This document shows, in pieces, positions 28,743-39,728 of a stretch of DNA of 64,000 bases (position 1 is its first letter; the number at the start of each line of letters is the position of its first letter). A program made the translations under genes and the position numbers. The notes beneath the pieces were generated by a model. The model searched no databases and was not told the DNA's origin. It worked only from the letters and a program-made list of their open reading frames with translations. This DNA comes from Candidatus Eiseniibacteriota bacterium (GTDB lineage: Bacteria; Eisenbacteria; RBG-16-71-46). The stretch lies in contig CAVZLN010000003.1 of NCBI GenBank assembly GCA_963776245.1, positions 352,001 through 416,000 of the forward strand, in the 5' to 3' direction.

Positions 28743-30809
28743 TCACCAGATCTCGATGCGGTCCGCTCGCACCATCGCGTCCCCCGGCGCGCACCCGAAC
28801 GCCTGGCGGAACTCCACCATGTTCGAGAGCGGGCCGTTGACGCGCCAGTACGCGGTCGAGTGCGGATCGCTGAGCGCCGCCATGCGCATCATCTCGGGGC
28901 GGTACTTGCGCCGCCAGGCCTGGGCGTAACCGAGGAAGAAGCGCTGTTCGCCGGTCCAGCCGCCGATCACCGGCGCCGGCTTGCCCTTGAGCGAGATCCG
29001 CCACGCGTGATACGCGACCGTGAGGCCACCGAGGTCGGCGATGTTCTCCCCGAGGGTGAGCTTGCCGTTCAGGTGGAGCGTGTCCACCGCGACGTATCCG
29101 TCGTACTGGCGCACCACCTTCTCGGCCAGCGCGTCGAAGTGCTTGGAGTCCTCGGGGGTCCACCAGTCCTCGAGATTGCCCGCGGCGTCGTACTGGCGCC
29201 CCTCGTCGTCGAATCCGTGGGTGAGCTCGTGCCCGATGACCATCCCGATGGCGCCGTAGTTGACGGCATCGTCCACGCGCGGATCGAACTGGGGCGGCAT
29301 CAGGATGCCGGCCGGGAAGACGATCTCGTTGAAGGTCGGGTTGTAGTAGGCGTTCACCGTGGGCGGGCTCATGCCCCAGATCGTCCGGTCCACCGGCTTG
29401 CCGATATACGACAGTTCCCAGCGCCGCTGGAATTCCGTCGCGCGCAGGAGATTATCGGTCGCCGGCAGCGCCGGGTCGATGGCGAGCTTCGAGTAGTCGC
29501 GCCACTTGTCGGGGTAGCCGATCTTCTTGAGGACGGCGTCCAGCTTGTGCCGTGCCTGCCGCTGGGTGGTCGCGCTCATCCACGGTCGCGTCGCGATGCG
29601 TTCGCGCAGCGCCGCCTGCAGATTGTCCACCAGCTCCACCATGCGCGCCTTCGACGATGCCGGGAAGTTCTCCTCGACGAACGCCTTGCCGAGCGCCTCG
29701 CCCATGGTCCCGTCGACCGCCTGCGCGGCACGCTTCCAGCGCGGCTGGGGCACCTTCGAGCCGGTGAGCTTCGACTGGAACGCGAACGACTCGTCGAAGA
29801 ATGCCTGGCCCATCCAGCCGGCCCGTCCGCGCGCGTAGTGCCACTGGAGGTAGGCGCGCCACGTCTCCATCGGCGTGTTTTCGAGCAACGCGCCGAGGCG
29901 GCGCATGAAGCCCGGCATCGAGACGTCGAGCGAGGCCGTGGCGCTCGCCAGCGGCTTCACGCCGGTCTCGGCGAAGTACGCGGGCCAGTCGAAACCCGGC
30001 ACCAGCGTCCCGAGCTGGCCCACCGTCATCTTGTGATAGAGCGCCTTCGGGTCCCGCATCTGGACCGCGCTCAGCGAAGACTCGGCGAGTGCCGTCTCGA
30101 GCTTCATCACCGCGTCGGCCTTCGTAGCCGCCGCGTCGGGCGCGTCCCCGAGCAGCTGGAACATGCGGCCCATGAACGCCACGTAGTCCGCGCGCATCTG
30201 GGTGGACTTCTCGTCGGTGCGGAAGTAGTAGTCCCGGTCCGGCAGCCCGAGCCCGCCCTGCGTGACCTGGCCTATGGTCATGCTGCTCTGCCGGGGATCG
30301 GCCTCCGGCCCGAAGCGGAACGGCAACCCGCCGCCTCCCCACCGGCCGGCACCCACACCGATCACCGCCGCGTGCGCGAACTCCCGGCGCAGGTCCTCCC
30401 GGGTCTTCAGCGCGGCGATCCGCGCCAGCGTACCGGCCAGCGGGGCCGCGCCCTCGCGGTCCGCGCGTGCCGAGTCCATGAGGACGGCATAGAGCTGCCC
30501 GAGCTTCCGGATGGTCGGGTCCGGCTCGGTGCCGGCGCCGGCGCGGGTGCGCTCGAGCACCGAGTGGAGCGCCTCCTGGTTGCGGTCGGCCATCTCGCGG
30601 CTGGCGCCGATGCCCGAGTACGACGCCGGGATCTCGGCAGTCGCGAACCAGGCGCCGTTGGCGAACTGGAAGAAGTCGCGACACGGCGCGCACGTCGTGT
30701 CCATGAACGCGCGATTCGGACTGGGCGTGGGCAGCGTGTCGGCCGCGGCCAGCGCGGGAAGCGCGAGCGCGGCGAGCACGAGCGTGACGACGGACGTCCT
30801 GCGGAGCAT
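28743..30809 (-). CDS. M13 family (neprilysin/PepO) zinc metallopeptidase
   Basis: Signal peptide; DFFQFANG.W, VNAYY, GHELTHGFD (HExxH) and GENIADLGG motifs. Confidence 0.95.
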   Translation of the reverse strand: MLRRTSVVTLVLAALALPALAAADTLPTPSPNRAFMDTTCAPCRDFFQFANGAWFATAEIPASYSGIGASREMADRNQEALHSVLERTRAGAGTEPDPTIRKLGQLYAVLMDSARADREGAAPLAGTLARIAALKTREDLRREFAHAAVIGVGAGRWGGGGLPFRFGPEADPRQSSMTIGQVTQGGLGLPDRDYYFRTDEKSTQMRADYVAFMGRMFQLLGDAPDAAATKADAVMKLETALAESSLSAVQMRDPKALYHKMTVGQLGTLVPGFDWPAYFAETGVKPLASATASLDVSMPGFMRRLGALLENTPMETWRAYLQWHYARGRAGWMGQAFFDESFAFQSKLTGSKVPQPRWKRAAQAVDGTMGEALGKAFVEENFPASSKARMVELVDNLQAALRERIATRPWMSATTQRQARHKLDAVLKKIGYPDKWRDYSKLAIDPALPATDNLLRATEFQRRWELSYIGKPVDRTIWGMSPPTVNAYYNPTFNEIVFPAGILMPPQFDPRVDDAVNYGAIGMVIGHELTHGFDDEGRQYDAAGNLEDWWTPEDSKHFDALAEKVVRQYDGYVAVDTLHLNGKLTLGENIADLGGLTVAYHAWRISLKGKPAPVIGGWTGEQRFFLGYAQAWRRKYRPEMMRMAALSDPHSTAYWRVNGPLSNMVEFRQAFGCAPGDAMVRADRIEIW

Positions 30810-31009
30810 GCGGGGTTCCTCGGATGGGGTGGATGGGATGGGGTCGCGCCTGCACCCTAGGTGGCCCGCGCTCCGTCCGCCGTGCGTCGCCGGACGAGCG
30901 CGGAGAAAGCGCGGACGAGAGGGCACCCGGGACCTCCGGCGCGGAGGCCGGGCGGTCCCGATGAGAAGCGCTCGGGCGGCAGGGCGACCTGCCGCCCGTC
31001 GATGCTCCG

Positions 31010-31810
31010 CTAACGCCCGTCGCCGTCGAGCAGGTTGCCGAGGCCCCCGAGGATCGAGCCCTCCTCGCGTCGGCGTCCGCCGGTCTGCGGCGCGGCGGCG
31101 TAGATCCGGCTGGCGAGACGGCTGAACGGCAGCGACTGCAGCCACACCTTGCCCGGCCCGCGCACCGTGGCGAAGAACAGCCCCTCGCCGCCGAACAGCG
31201 CGGTCTTGACCCCGCCGACCATCTGGATGTCGTACGCCACACTCGGCACCATGCCCACCAGACACCCGGTGTCGACCCGCAGGGTCTCGCCGGCCGCGAG
31301 CGTGCGTTCCTCGAGCATGCCGCCCGCATGCACGAACACCCAGCCATCGCCGGTCAGGCGCTGCAGGATGAAGCCCTCGCCGCCGAACAGCCCGGCGCCG
31401 AAGCGCTTGGTGAACGCGATGTCGAGGCTCACGCCCTTGGCAGCGCACAGGAACGAGTCCTTCTGGCACAGCAGCTCGCCGCCGATCTCGGCCAGGTGCA
31501 CCGGCATGATGCGGCCGGGGTAAGGCGCCGCGAACGCCACCTTGCGTCGCTGCTGCGATTCGTTGTGGAACACGCTGGTGAACAGGGACTCGCCGGTGAG
31601 GAGCCGTTTGCCCGCGCCGAGCAGCGCGCCCATGAAGCCCTTTTGCTGGCCCGAGCCATCGCCGAAGACGGTGTCGATCTGGATCCCGTCCTCGATGTAC
31701 ATCATCATCCCCGCCTCGGCGACCGCGGCCTCGCCCGGATCGAGCTCGAGCTTCACGAATTGAAGGTCCTCGCCGACGATCTCGTAGTCCACCTCGTGCA
31801 TCTGGGCCAT
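31010..31810 (-). CDS. TIGR00266/AIM24 family protein
   Basis: [26 protein letters not shown] and VWLQSLP motifs. Confidence 0.9.
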   Translation of the reverse strand: MAQMHEVDYEIVGEDLQFVKLELDPGEAAVAEAGMMMYIEDGIQIDTVFGDGSGQQKGFMGALLGAGKRLLTGESLFTSVFHNESQQRRKVAFAAPYPGRIMPVHLAEIGGELLCQKDSFLCAAKGVSLDIAFTKRFGAGLFGGEGFILQRLTGDGWVFVHAGGMLEERTLAAGETLRVDTGCLVGMVPSVAYDIQMVGGVKTALFGGEGLFFATVRGPGKVWLQSLPFSRLASRIYAAAPQTGGRRREEGSILGGLGNLLDGDGR

Positions 31811-32065
31811 CGGGGTCTCCTGGTGGGGGTGATGCCGGTCCTGGCGGGTGCCGGGGACGGGCGCCCATGCCCGGCGCCGGCCTGATACGCCGGCCGCGAC
31901 CGGCAGGTTGCCCGCCGCACCGGGTGCGAGGCGGGCGCTCGGCGCCCCGCATCGGCGCCCGGATGCGGCCGCCGGTCCGGACTGCTAGCCTGCCACCGGC
32001 GCGCCACGGCGCCAAGCACTCCCGTCCATTCCGGGCACTCGTCCACCCCGCGGAGGTCCGCCCCG

Positions 32066-33109
32066 ATGCGTCGCCCCATCGCCCTCGCCTTCACGCTCGC
32101 CGCGCTCGCCACCTCGTGCGCCCCCCGCGCCGAGCGGGCCGGCACCACGTCGGCGGATTCCACCCTCGATGCCGGGGCGCGTGCGGAGGTTCCCAGTCCG
32201 CGATCGAAGGTGACGTTCGTCGAGGTGAGTGCGAAGACCGGGCGCGTGGCGCTCGCGCTCTCGGCCGGGAGGCCGGGCGACAGCCTGCTGCTGGTGGCCG
32301 CCACCCGCGCGAGCGCGGGACGCTGGCTGGTGCGACATCGCACCGCGGACGGCGCCACGGCCACGCTCGCGAACCTGGTCGCGGTCCTCGACGCGGCCGG
32401 CACCGTGGACCTGCACGCCGATGGCACGCGCGAGGCGTTCTTCGTCACCAACTCCGGCGGCAGCGGCCTCACCAACCGCGAACTGAACCTCTACTGCCCG
32501 AAGTCGGACCGGCTGGTCACGCTCACCATGACCTTCATGCACGACGACACCCAGCCGGTGCCGTCCATCGTGCGCAGCGACGAACTCGAGCAGCCGGGGT
32601 TCGCGGCCGAGACCGCGTTCCTCGAGGGCATCAAGCGCGACTACGGCTACGTCAGCGCGGCCGACCTCGCGCACGGCGACGACCCCAGGCAGGCGTTCTA
32701 CTACTGGCGGACCGACAATGCCGGGCTCGCCGACGGCGCCCCGATGCGGGTGCGCCGGTTCCGGGGGCCGCGCGCCGGGATGGGCAGCGTGAACGACACG
32801 CTCTCGGTGGCCGGCATCACCTACACCGCCTACTTCAAGAGCGGCGTGGTGGCCTACGACCCGGTTCAGGACGAGCACTGGGTGGTGTTCCACCCCGACG
32901 ATCGCTACAGCTGGCCCACGCGGCTGGCGGCCACCGGCGACCTCCTCGTCATCGGCACCCGCGGCGAGGGGCTCGCGGTGGTGAAGCTCTCGACCCTCGC
33001 GCTCCGCCGCGTGAAGGTGCTCGGCAATGACGATGTCGAGGAGTTGGCGGTGCACGACAGCCTGATCGTCGTGAACCGCGTGGCCCGGGTGGCGCTTCCG
33101 GCATTCTGA
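32066..33109 (+). CDS. Hypothetical lipoprotein
   Basis: Lipobox LATS-C; coding-like composition; no family recognised. Confidence 0.6.
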   Translation: MRRPIALAFTLAALATSCAPRAERAGTTSADSTLDAGARAEVPSPRSKVTFVEVSAKTGRVALALSAGRPGDSLLLVAATRASAGRWLVRHRTADGATATLANLVAVLDAAGTVDLHADGTREAFFVTNSGGSGLTNRELNLYCPKSDRLVTLTMTFMHDDTQPVPSIVRSDELEQPGFAAETAFLEGIKRDYGYVSAADLAHGDDPRQAFYYWRTDNAGLADGAPMRVRRFRGPRAGMGSVNDTLSVAGITYTAYFKSGVVAYDPVQDEHWVVFHPDDRYSWPTRLAATGDLLVIGTRGEGLAVVKLSTLALRRVKVLGNDDVEELAVHDSLIVVNRVARVALPAF

Positions 33110-33174
33110 GGGCGCGGGGCCCGCGGCGGCGGCCCCGCACGGGACCGCCGCGAGCCGCGAGCGCCTGCGCCGGC

Positions 33175-33975
33175 TCACAGCCGGTAGCGGATCTCCCAGG
33201 GCAGCGCCTGCCCCGCACGGAAATAGCGGCGCCAGACCACCAGCCGCCGACCCTGCACGGTCACGTCGTGGATCGGTTCGGGCTGGATGGACACCACCGT
33301 CGCCCCGGCCGGGAGCAGGACCGAACGCGTGACCAAGCGGTCCTCGGGGTAGTCCCCGCGGTGGCGGTAGACCCAGAGATCGCCCTCGCGCCGGACGCCG
33401 TCCGGATAGCGGATGATGTCGGTGAGCAGCAGGCGCTCACCGGGCAGCACCGGGCGCGGCAGATCCACGCTCACGCGCTTGCCGCGGATCGAGTGGTCGT
33501 CCCGGACCTGCAGCTTCAGCTCGTTGCCGTATTCGTCCACCACCCGGCGGTCGGCGAGCGTCCCGAGCTCATGCGCCCCCACCCCCCAGTCCACGCGGGA
33601 GAGCGCCTCGGCGCCATCGTTGGTCCGCTGGATCCTCGAGTGCACCTCGAGCGCCCCGTCCGGCGCGATCCGCTCGAACGTCACGTTCTCCAGCACGACG
33701 CGCTCCGGCACCTCGACCCCGGTCTCGCCGGCCGCCTTCCCATCGATGCTGCGGATCTGGTCGCCCGTGAGCACCAGGCAGTCCCGCTCGGTCTGCATGA
33801 GGTACGACCCGGCCTGGATCCTCATCAGTGCGCCGGCGACCCGGCGACCGTCGTCCAGCTCGACCCTCCGCGTTCCTGCGCCGTCCGCCCGCACCGCGCC
33901 GCGCATCAGGACGATCCCGGTCAGGAACGCCGTCACCGCGAGCGACGCCACCATGACGACTGGTCGTGAACTCAT
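33175..33975 (-). CDS. Hypothetical exported or membrane-anchored protein in the ECF operon
   Basis: N-terminal TM or signal; ATGA overlap with the anti-sigma stop. Confidence 0.55.
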   Translation of the reverse strand: MSSRPVVMVASLAVTAFLTGIVLMRGAVRADGAGTRRVELDDGRRVAGALMRIQAGSYLMQTERDCLVLTGDQIRSIDGKAAGETGVEVPERVVLENVTFERIAPDGALEVHSRIQRTNDGAEALSRVDWGVGAHELGTLADRRVVDEYGNELKLQVRDDHSIRGKRVSVDLPRPVLPGERLLLTDIIRYPDGVRREGDLWVYRHRGDYPEDRLVTRSVLLPAGATVVSIQPEPIHDVTVQGRRLVVWRRYFRAGQALPWEIRYRL

Positions 33976-34523
33976 CTCATTCTCCTCCCCGGCGAGGGGC
34001 CGATCCCCCGCCATTCGATCGGATCCGCCATCGAGAACGTCCCCGCGACGCCGATGGCAAGGCCCTGCTCGCGGGCCGCGAACTCGGCGAGGTTGAGCAC
34101 CGGGCCCGCGCGCGGGCGGGGCCCCCGGCCCGGTCCCACGACCCCGAGCAGCACGAGCGCGAGCACCAGGCTCGTCGTCAGCGCCCCCGCCGTCACCAGG
34201 TCGGTGGCCACCGGAGCGAACCACCGACCCACCGCCCACCCTGTGCGCCCGGATGGCTCGGCGCGTCCGGCGCGATGCGCCCGCCCGGCCGCGGCGAGGA
34301 GCGGCTCCGCGGCGGCGAGGACCGCCGCGCGCTCCGCCGGCGTGGACGCCAGCCGCGGCGCCCGCTTCCAGGCGTCCCGCCAGGCCCGCGCCGCGTCCAT
34401 CTCGGCGCGGCATCGCGCGCATCCGCTCAGGTGCCCCTCGAGCGCCGCGCGGTCGTCCGCCTCGAGTTCGTCGTCGAGGAAGCGCGGGATCCGACCTTCG
34501 GTGTCGCGGCACGTCCAGTTCAT
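33972..34523 (-). CDS. Zinc-binding (zf-HC2) anti-sigma factor
   Basis: C..LD.EL....HL..CARC (HxxxCxxC) followed by one TM helix. Confidence 0.85.
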   Translation of the reverse strand: MNWTCRDTEGRIPRFLDDELEADDRAALEGHLSGCARCRAEMDAARAWRDAWKRAPRLASTPAERAAVLAAAEPLLAAAGRAHRAGRAEPSGRTGWAVGRWFAPVATDLVTAGALTTSLVLALVLLGVVGPGRGPRPRAGPVLNLAEFAAREQGLAIGVAGTFSMADPIEWRGIGPSPGRRMR

Positions 34524-35119
34524 AGGTCACCTCTCAGCGGGCCGAGGGTCCGGCGCAGCGCCGCGATCGCCGCGTGCTTGCGCGAGGCCACCGTCCCGAT
34601 CGGACACCCGCAGATCCCCGCGATCTCCCGATAGCGGAGCCCCTCCAACTCGCTCAGCACGAACACCGCGCGCAGTCCCTCCGGCAGCGCCCGGAGCGCC
34701 GCCACCAGGCGCCGGCCGAGTTCCCGGTCCTCCAGCAAGGCATCGGGCGCGGGCGGCCCGGGCAGGGTCTCCGCGAGCGCGGGCGTGGTCACGTCGTCCG
34801 CGCCCTCCGTGGACCCTTCGAGCGGAAGCTCCCGACGGCGCCGCTGCCGCCGGCAGAGCTCCCGGACCGTGTTGCGCACCACGGTGAACAGGTAGGTCGA
34901 GAAGCGGGCGCGCGCCTCGTAGCGGTGGGCCGATCTCAGGATCCTGAGGAAGCTCTCCTGGGCCGCGTCCCGGGCCAGTTCGCCGTCTCCGCACAGCCGG
35001 TACGCCAGGTCGAGCGCCCGCTGATGGTGGCGCGACACGATCTCCCCGAACGCGTCCCGGTCGCCGCGCGCCGACTCCAGCATGAGCTGTTCGTCGGTGC
35101 GCTCGTCCGGGCTCGGCAT
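34520..35119 (-). CDS. ECF RNA polymerase sigma-70 factor
   Basis: DEQLM..GD..AF, A.DAAQE.F, FSTYLF and L.Y.EIA....P.GTV.SR motifs. Confidence 0.92.
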   Translation of the reverse strand: MPSPDERTDEQLMLESARGDRDAFGEIVSRHHQRALDLAYRLCGDGELARDAAQESFLRILRSAHRYEARARFSTYLFTVVRNTVRELCRRQRRRRELPLEGSTEGADDVTTPALAETLPGPPAPDALLEDRELGRRLVAALRALPEGLRAVFVLSELEGLRYREIAGICGCPIGTVASRKHAAIAALRRTLGPLRGDL

Positions 35120-35334
35120 CACGGGGTCGACCACGGTGCGGCTCCTTCGGTTCCGACCACCTCGGGACGGCGGGGCTGGATGGGACCACGCCCCGACTGC
35201 CTGACGAGCATGGAATGCCGGAGGGCCAGCGTTTCTTCGGGGCATCCGACGAGCGAAGGGAGAACCCGGGGGGTGGACGGTGCTGGCCCGGCACGGGTCC
35301 GCCGTGCGGGGCGGCCCTTCGCTCCAGCTCGCGA

Positions 35335-36126
35335 CTACTCGACCTCGGTCAGCCCGTACTGCGCGATCAACCGCTCGAAGCGCTCGAGGCCTTCGAGGTC
35401 CTCGGGACCGAGGCGATAGTGGAACCCTCGCAGGTAGGCCTCGACCTCGGCGGCGGGCCACCCGGTCTCGGTCTGGCGTCGCGCCACCTCCGGCAGCGAG
35501 GCGAGCCCGGCCGCGAGCGACGCTTCGAGGAACTCGCGCAGCTCGGCCTTGACGCCGGGGTCGAGCGTGCGCCGCACCGCCCACACCGCGTACACGAACG
35601 AGAGCCCGGTCCACTCCAGCCAGTCCGCGCCGAGGTCGAGCGTCTGGGTGAAGCCCTCCGGGCGGCGGTCGCGCATGCGCATCGCGCCGTCGCCGATCAT
35701 GAGCAGCGCGCTGGCCTGCGACGGCTCGAGCCCGCGCACGTAGCGCACGTCCGCGAGCCCGCGCCGCACGTCGAGCAGCAGGCGGAGCAGGCGGATCGAG
35801 GTCGAGGTCTCGGGCGTCACCGACACCAGCGCGTGGGCCAGCGCCGCCGCCGGCTGGCGCGAATAGAGCAGCACCGAGTCGACCGTGCCGCGCCGCGCCA
35901 CCCCGAAAGGCCCCACCAGCTCGAAGCGGTCCTTCATCCGCAGGTAGTCGCCCGCGGCCATCAGGCCGAGGTCCACGCGGCCCGCCTCGGCCTCGCGGCC
36001 GAGCTCGCGGGGCACCAGATTGCGCACCGCGAACGGCGCGTCGTTCCAGAGCGCGTAGAACGGAGCCGCGTTGGAGTACGGGATGCGCGCGGCGAGCGTC
36101 CGGGTGGAAAGTCGGGAGGGCGTCAT
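35335..36126 (-). CDS. mqnA: Chorismate dehydratase (futalosine pathway)
   Basis: IPYSNAAPF, V.SV.L, TSTS..LL, IGD.A and DLG..W...TGL.FVYAVW motifs. Confidence 0.85.
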   Translation of the reverse strand: MTPSRLSTRTLAARIPYSNAAPFYALWNDAPFAVRNLVPRELGREAEAGRVDLGLMAAGDYLRMKDRFELVGPFGVARRGTVDSVLLYSRQPAAALAHALVSVTPETSTSIRLLRLLLDVRRGLADVRYVRGLEPSQASALLMIGDGAMRMRDRRPEGFTQTLDLGADWLEWTGLSFVYAVWAVRRTLDPGVKAELREFLEASLAAGLASLPEVARRQTETGWPAAEVEAYLRGFHYRLGPEDLEGLERFERLIAQYGLTEVE

Positions 36127-36208
36127 GGCGCGCGGAATCCTACGACACGCGCACGGCGCGGTCGAGGCGGCCCGTGCCGGATGCGCCGCCTGTGCGCCGG
36201 GCCGGCGG

Positions 36209-39200
36209 TCAGGCACGGGCGGTGTCGGCGGTGCCCTTGCGCTGGAGCTTGCCCCAGCCCGTGGTGCGGCCCTCGATGGCGTGACGCACGGCGCGCAGCG
36301 CCACGGCGTACATGACCTGGCGGTAGACGAAGCGCTGCCAGAACAGCCACCACAGGTCGCGTGGGCGCTCGCGGTCGAGCCGGTATGCCACCGCCGCCCC
36401 GAGGAGCTCGAGCGCGAAGAACAGCACGAACAGCGTGGCGACGCCGGAGAAGGACTCCATGGCGTGCGGCGCGGCTGCCAGTCGTGCGTGAGCCATGCGC
36501 GCGACACCCAGCTGGTGGTGGCGCCCCACAGCGTCCACACCATCATCAGGTCGACGATCGGCGACAGCATCTGGTAGGCGATCTGGAACAGCCACAGTGT
36601 CGGCATCGCCAGCCGGCCGAACCACCCGTAGCGTCCGAGCGCGTCGCGGTGCTTCCACAGGCACTGCAGCGTGCCGAAGGTCCAGCGGAAGCGCTGGCGG
36701 AAGAGCGGCCGCAGCGAGTCGGGCGCCTCGGTGTAGGCCAGCGCCCCGGGCTCGTTCACGATTCGCCAGCCCGCGCGTCGCAACCGCCAGGTCAGGTCCA
36801 TGTCCTCGGCGAGGGTGTCGGTCACGAAGCCGCCCGCCTGCTCGAGCGCCGCGCGCCGCCAGGCGCCGCACGGCGCCGGGCACCACGGTGATCGCGTTGA
36901 GCAGCGCGTAGGCGCGGCGGTCGAGGTTCTGGCTGGTGATGTACTCGATCGCCTGCCAGCGCGTCCACAGGTTGACGCGGTTGCCGACCTTGACGTTGCC
37001 GGCCACCGCGCCGACCGCCGGGTCGACGAAGTGACGCACCAGCCGCGCGATCGTGTCGGGGGTGAACAGCGTGTCGGCGTCGAGACACACCAGCCACTTC
37101 GCCACTCGAGGCCGCGAGCGCACGATTGAGCGCCGCGGCCTTGCCGGCGTTGGCCTGCCGCAGCAGGCGCACGCGCGGCTCGCCGCCGAACCCGCGCTCG
37201 ACTTCGTCCGCGGTGCCGTCGGTGGATCCGTCGTCCACCACCATCACCTCGAGCCCGGGGCCGGCTCCCGCGAGCACCGCCTGCAGCGTGCGCGCGATGA
37301 CCGGCCGCTCGTTGTACGCGGCGATGAGCACGCTCACCGTGGGATCGTACGCGGGATCGAACCGCGGGCGCCGGCGCAGCGATAGCAGCGCCAGCAGCGT
37401 CATCGCCAGGACGCGGAGCGCTCCCAGCACGATGGCCGAGACGAACGCGTAGTAGAGGAAGGTCTCCACGAGGTACACGGCCTCGAAGGTCGCGCGGTCC
37501 ACGCCCTGCAGCGGCCGGGTGTCGGCGTCGATGCGGGGCATCACCTGGTCGCGCGTCAGACCGGCCAGTTGCGAGACCGTGACGAAGTGGAATCCGCGCC
37601 GCTTCAGTTCGGGGATGAGGACGTGCAGCGCCCCCACCGTGCGCGAGCGATCTCCGCCGCCATCGTGGAGCAGCACGGTGTTGCCGCGCTGCTCGGCCAC
37701 CTCCTCGAGCACGGCCCGCATGATGTCCTGCCCCGTGCGCGATCGCGTCGCGCCGGTGGAGTCCACCGTGACGAGGTTCCAGTCCTGCGGGTCGAGGTAC
37801 TCGCCGACCGTCATGTACCCGAGTCGCGAGGCGGCGAGGATGGGGAGCACCTCCTCGGCGCTGGTGGGTTCGGCGTCGGCGTTGTAGGGCGGGCGGAAGA
37901 ACAGGGTCGAGCGGCCGAGGTCGGCCTCGATCACGCGCTGGGTGGCGTTGAGCTCGAGACCCAGCCGCTCGGCCGAGATGGCGGCGAGGTTGGGATGGGT
38001 GAAGGAGTGGTTGCCGATCTCGTGTCCCTCGTCCCACATGCGATGGATCACGTCGGGGTGGCGTTCCGCGTTCTGCCCGATGACGAAGAACGTGGCGTGC
38101 ACGCTGTCGGCCTGGAGCTCGTCGAGGATGTCGTCCGTCCACGGCGAGGATGGGCCGTCATCGAACGTCAGCGCGATGGCGCCGGGCTGGAATCCCTCGC
38201 GGCGGAGCACGTAGGGCGTCGGGAAACTCGCGTAGGTCTGATCGGTGAAGAGACCGGTCGACGGATCGCGATCCAGCCGCCGGGCGCCCGCGCGCGGCTC
38301 GGACTTCACGGTGAGGATCTCGCCGTCCCCCGAGAACGCCACATCGAACGGAAAGCGGTCCGCCGAGAGCTGGACGGAGTCGGGACGGGCATCGGGCCGC
38401 GCGCGATCGAGGAACGTCCAGATGTCGGGATCCTCGCCACCCAGCACCCAGAGCACGCTGCCGCGCACGCCGCGCGCGAGGGAGAGCGTGCGCTGATTGG
38501 CGGCCGAGATCGCGTCGAGCATCCAGACCTCGTGTTCGTCGCCGTCCTCATCGCGGTAGGTATACGTGGCGTTGAGCTCCCCCGCGTCGAAATCCACGAT
38601 GTCGCCGGGCGCGGCCCCGGGGTGGGTGTCGGCCGCCGTGGAGAGGGCCTGCTGGTAGGTCATCGCGGTCGCCGGGGGATGGCCGATCAACCAGTCGTAG
38701 GCGTATCCGCCGTAGCCCATCACGAGCTTGCCGGCGGGGATCCCCAGCAGCGCGCGATCGAGCGCGGCCGAGAACCAGCGTGCGCTGCACAGCGGGCCGG
38801 CGCCGCCCTGGCGTCCATGCTGGTCGTAGCCCATGAGCACCACGAAGTCGCACACCCGCGCCACTTCGGCGGCGGGCGGGACCACGCCCTGCACCGGGAG
38901 GTCGAACGAGAGCGCCAGACTCTCGGGCGCGAACCGGCGGGCCAGTCGCTCGAGGAATGCCGGGACGCGCGCCGCGTCCTCGGCCGAGAGGTTCTCGAGG
39001 TCCACGTTGAGGCCGCGGAAGCCGTGGATCACCAGCCAGTCGCGCAGCGCCCCCGCCAGCCGGTCCTGACGTGCGGGATCGGAGAGCAGCACGTGGGCGC
39101 GCGTGGAATCGAACATCCCCTCGTGGGCGTTGGCGAACACCGGATGGATGGCGATGCGCTGATCTCGGCAGATCTTGAGCACGTCCAGATTGTGCGGCGA

Positions 39201-39728
39201 GAGTTCGGGGTCCCAGTCGCGCGCATCGATCCCATCCGAATTCGGCCCCAGCCGCAGCCACACCGGGAACAGGTGCGTCAGGTGATCGGCATTGGCGCGG
39301 AGCGAATGGATACCGGTCCCCTGCCACACGGCGTAGAACGCACCGACGATGGCCGGCGACAGGGTGTCGCGGGGCGCGGCCTTCACCGCCTTCTCCTCGG
39401 CGCGGATGGCGGTGAGCAGGCGCCGGCGCGTACGGCTCTCGAGGAAGAGACGGCGCTCGCGCCCCCGCTCGGGTCGCTGCGGGAGCGCCGGTCGGATGAC
39501 GTGCCGCACCCCGGCGCTGAGCCCCGGGACATGCGGCAGCACGGGGACCGTGAGCAGACTGAGCGTGAACACCGCGGCGATGGCCAGCAGGAGCGCCCCG
39601 AGCAGGACGGTGATGCGAAGCACCCAGCGGGGGCGCCTACCGGTGGGATCCACGAAGATGGCGGCCTCCCGGCGGCCCGGGCCACCCGGCACGTCGCGCC
39701 GGGGATCGCGGGACTCAGGAGTGGACAC
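36209..39728 (-). pseudogene. GH18-like / polysaccharide deacetylase / GT2 fusion (PgaC/IcaA-like) interrupted by three 1-bp indels
   Basis: GLNVDLE and LMGYDQH (GH18-like), LTFDDGP, HEIGNHSFTH and LLHDGG (NodB), DDGS, DADT, LAED and QRFRW (GT2) fall in different frames; shifts at ~37094, ~36869 and ~36470. Could be sequencing error. Confidence 0.75.

Noticed and set aside
35335..38142. 935-aa ORF that appears to fuse a glycosyltransferase segment to MqnA
   Set aside because: Artefact of the frameshifts in the GT2 gene; mqnA has its own ATG at 36126.
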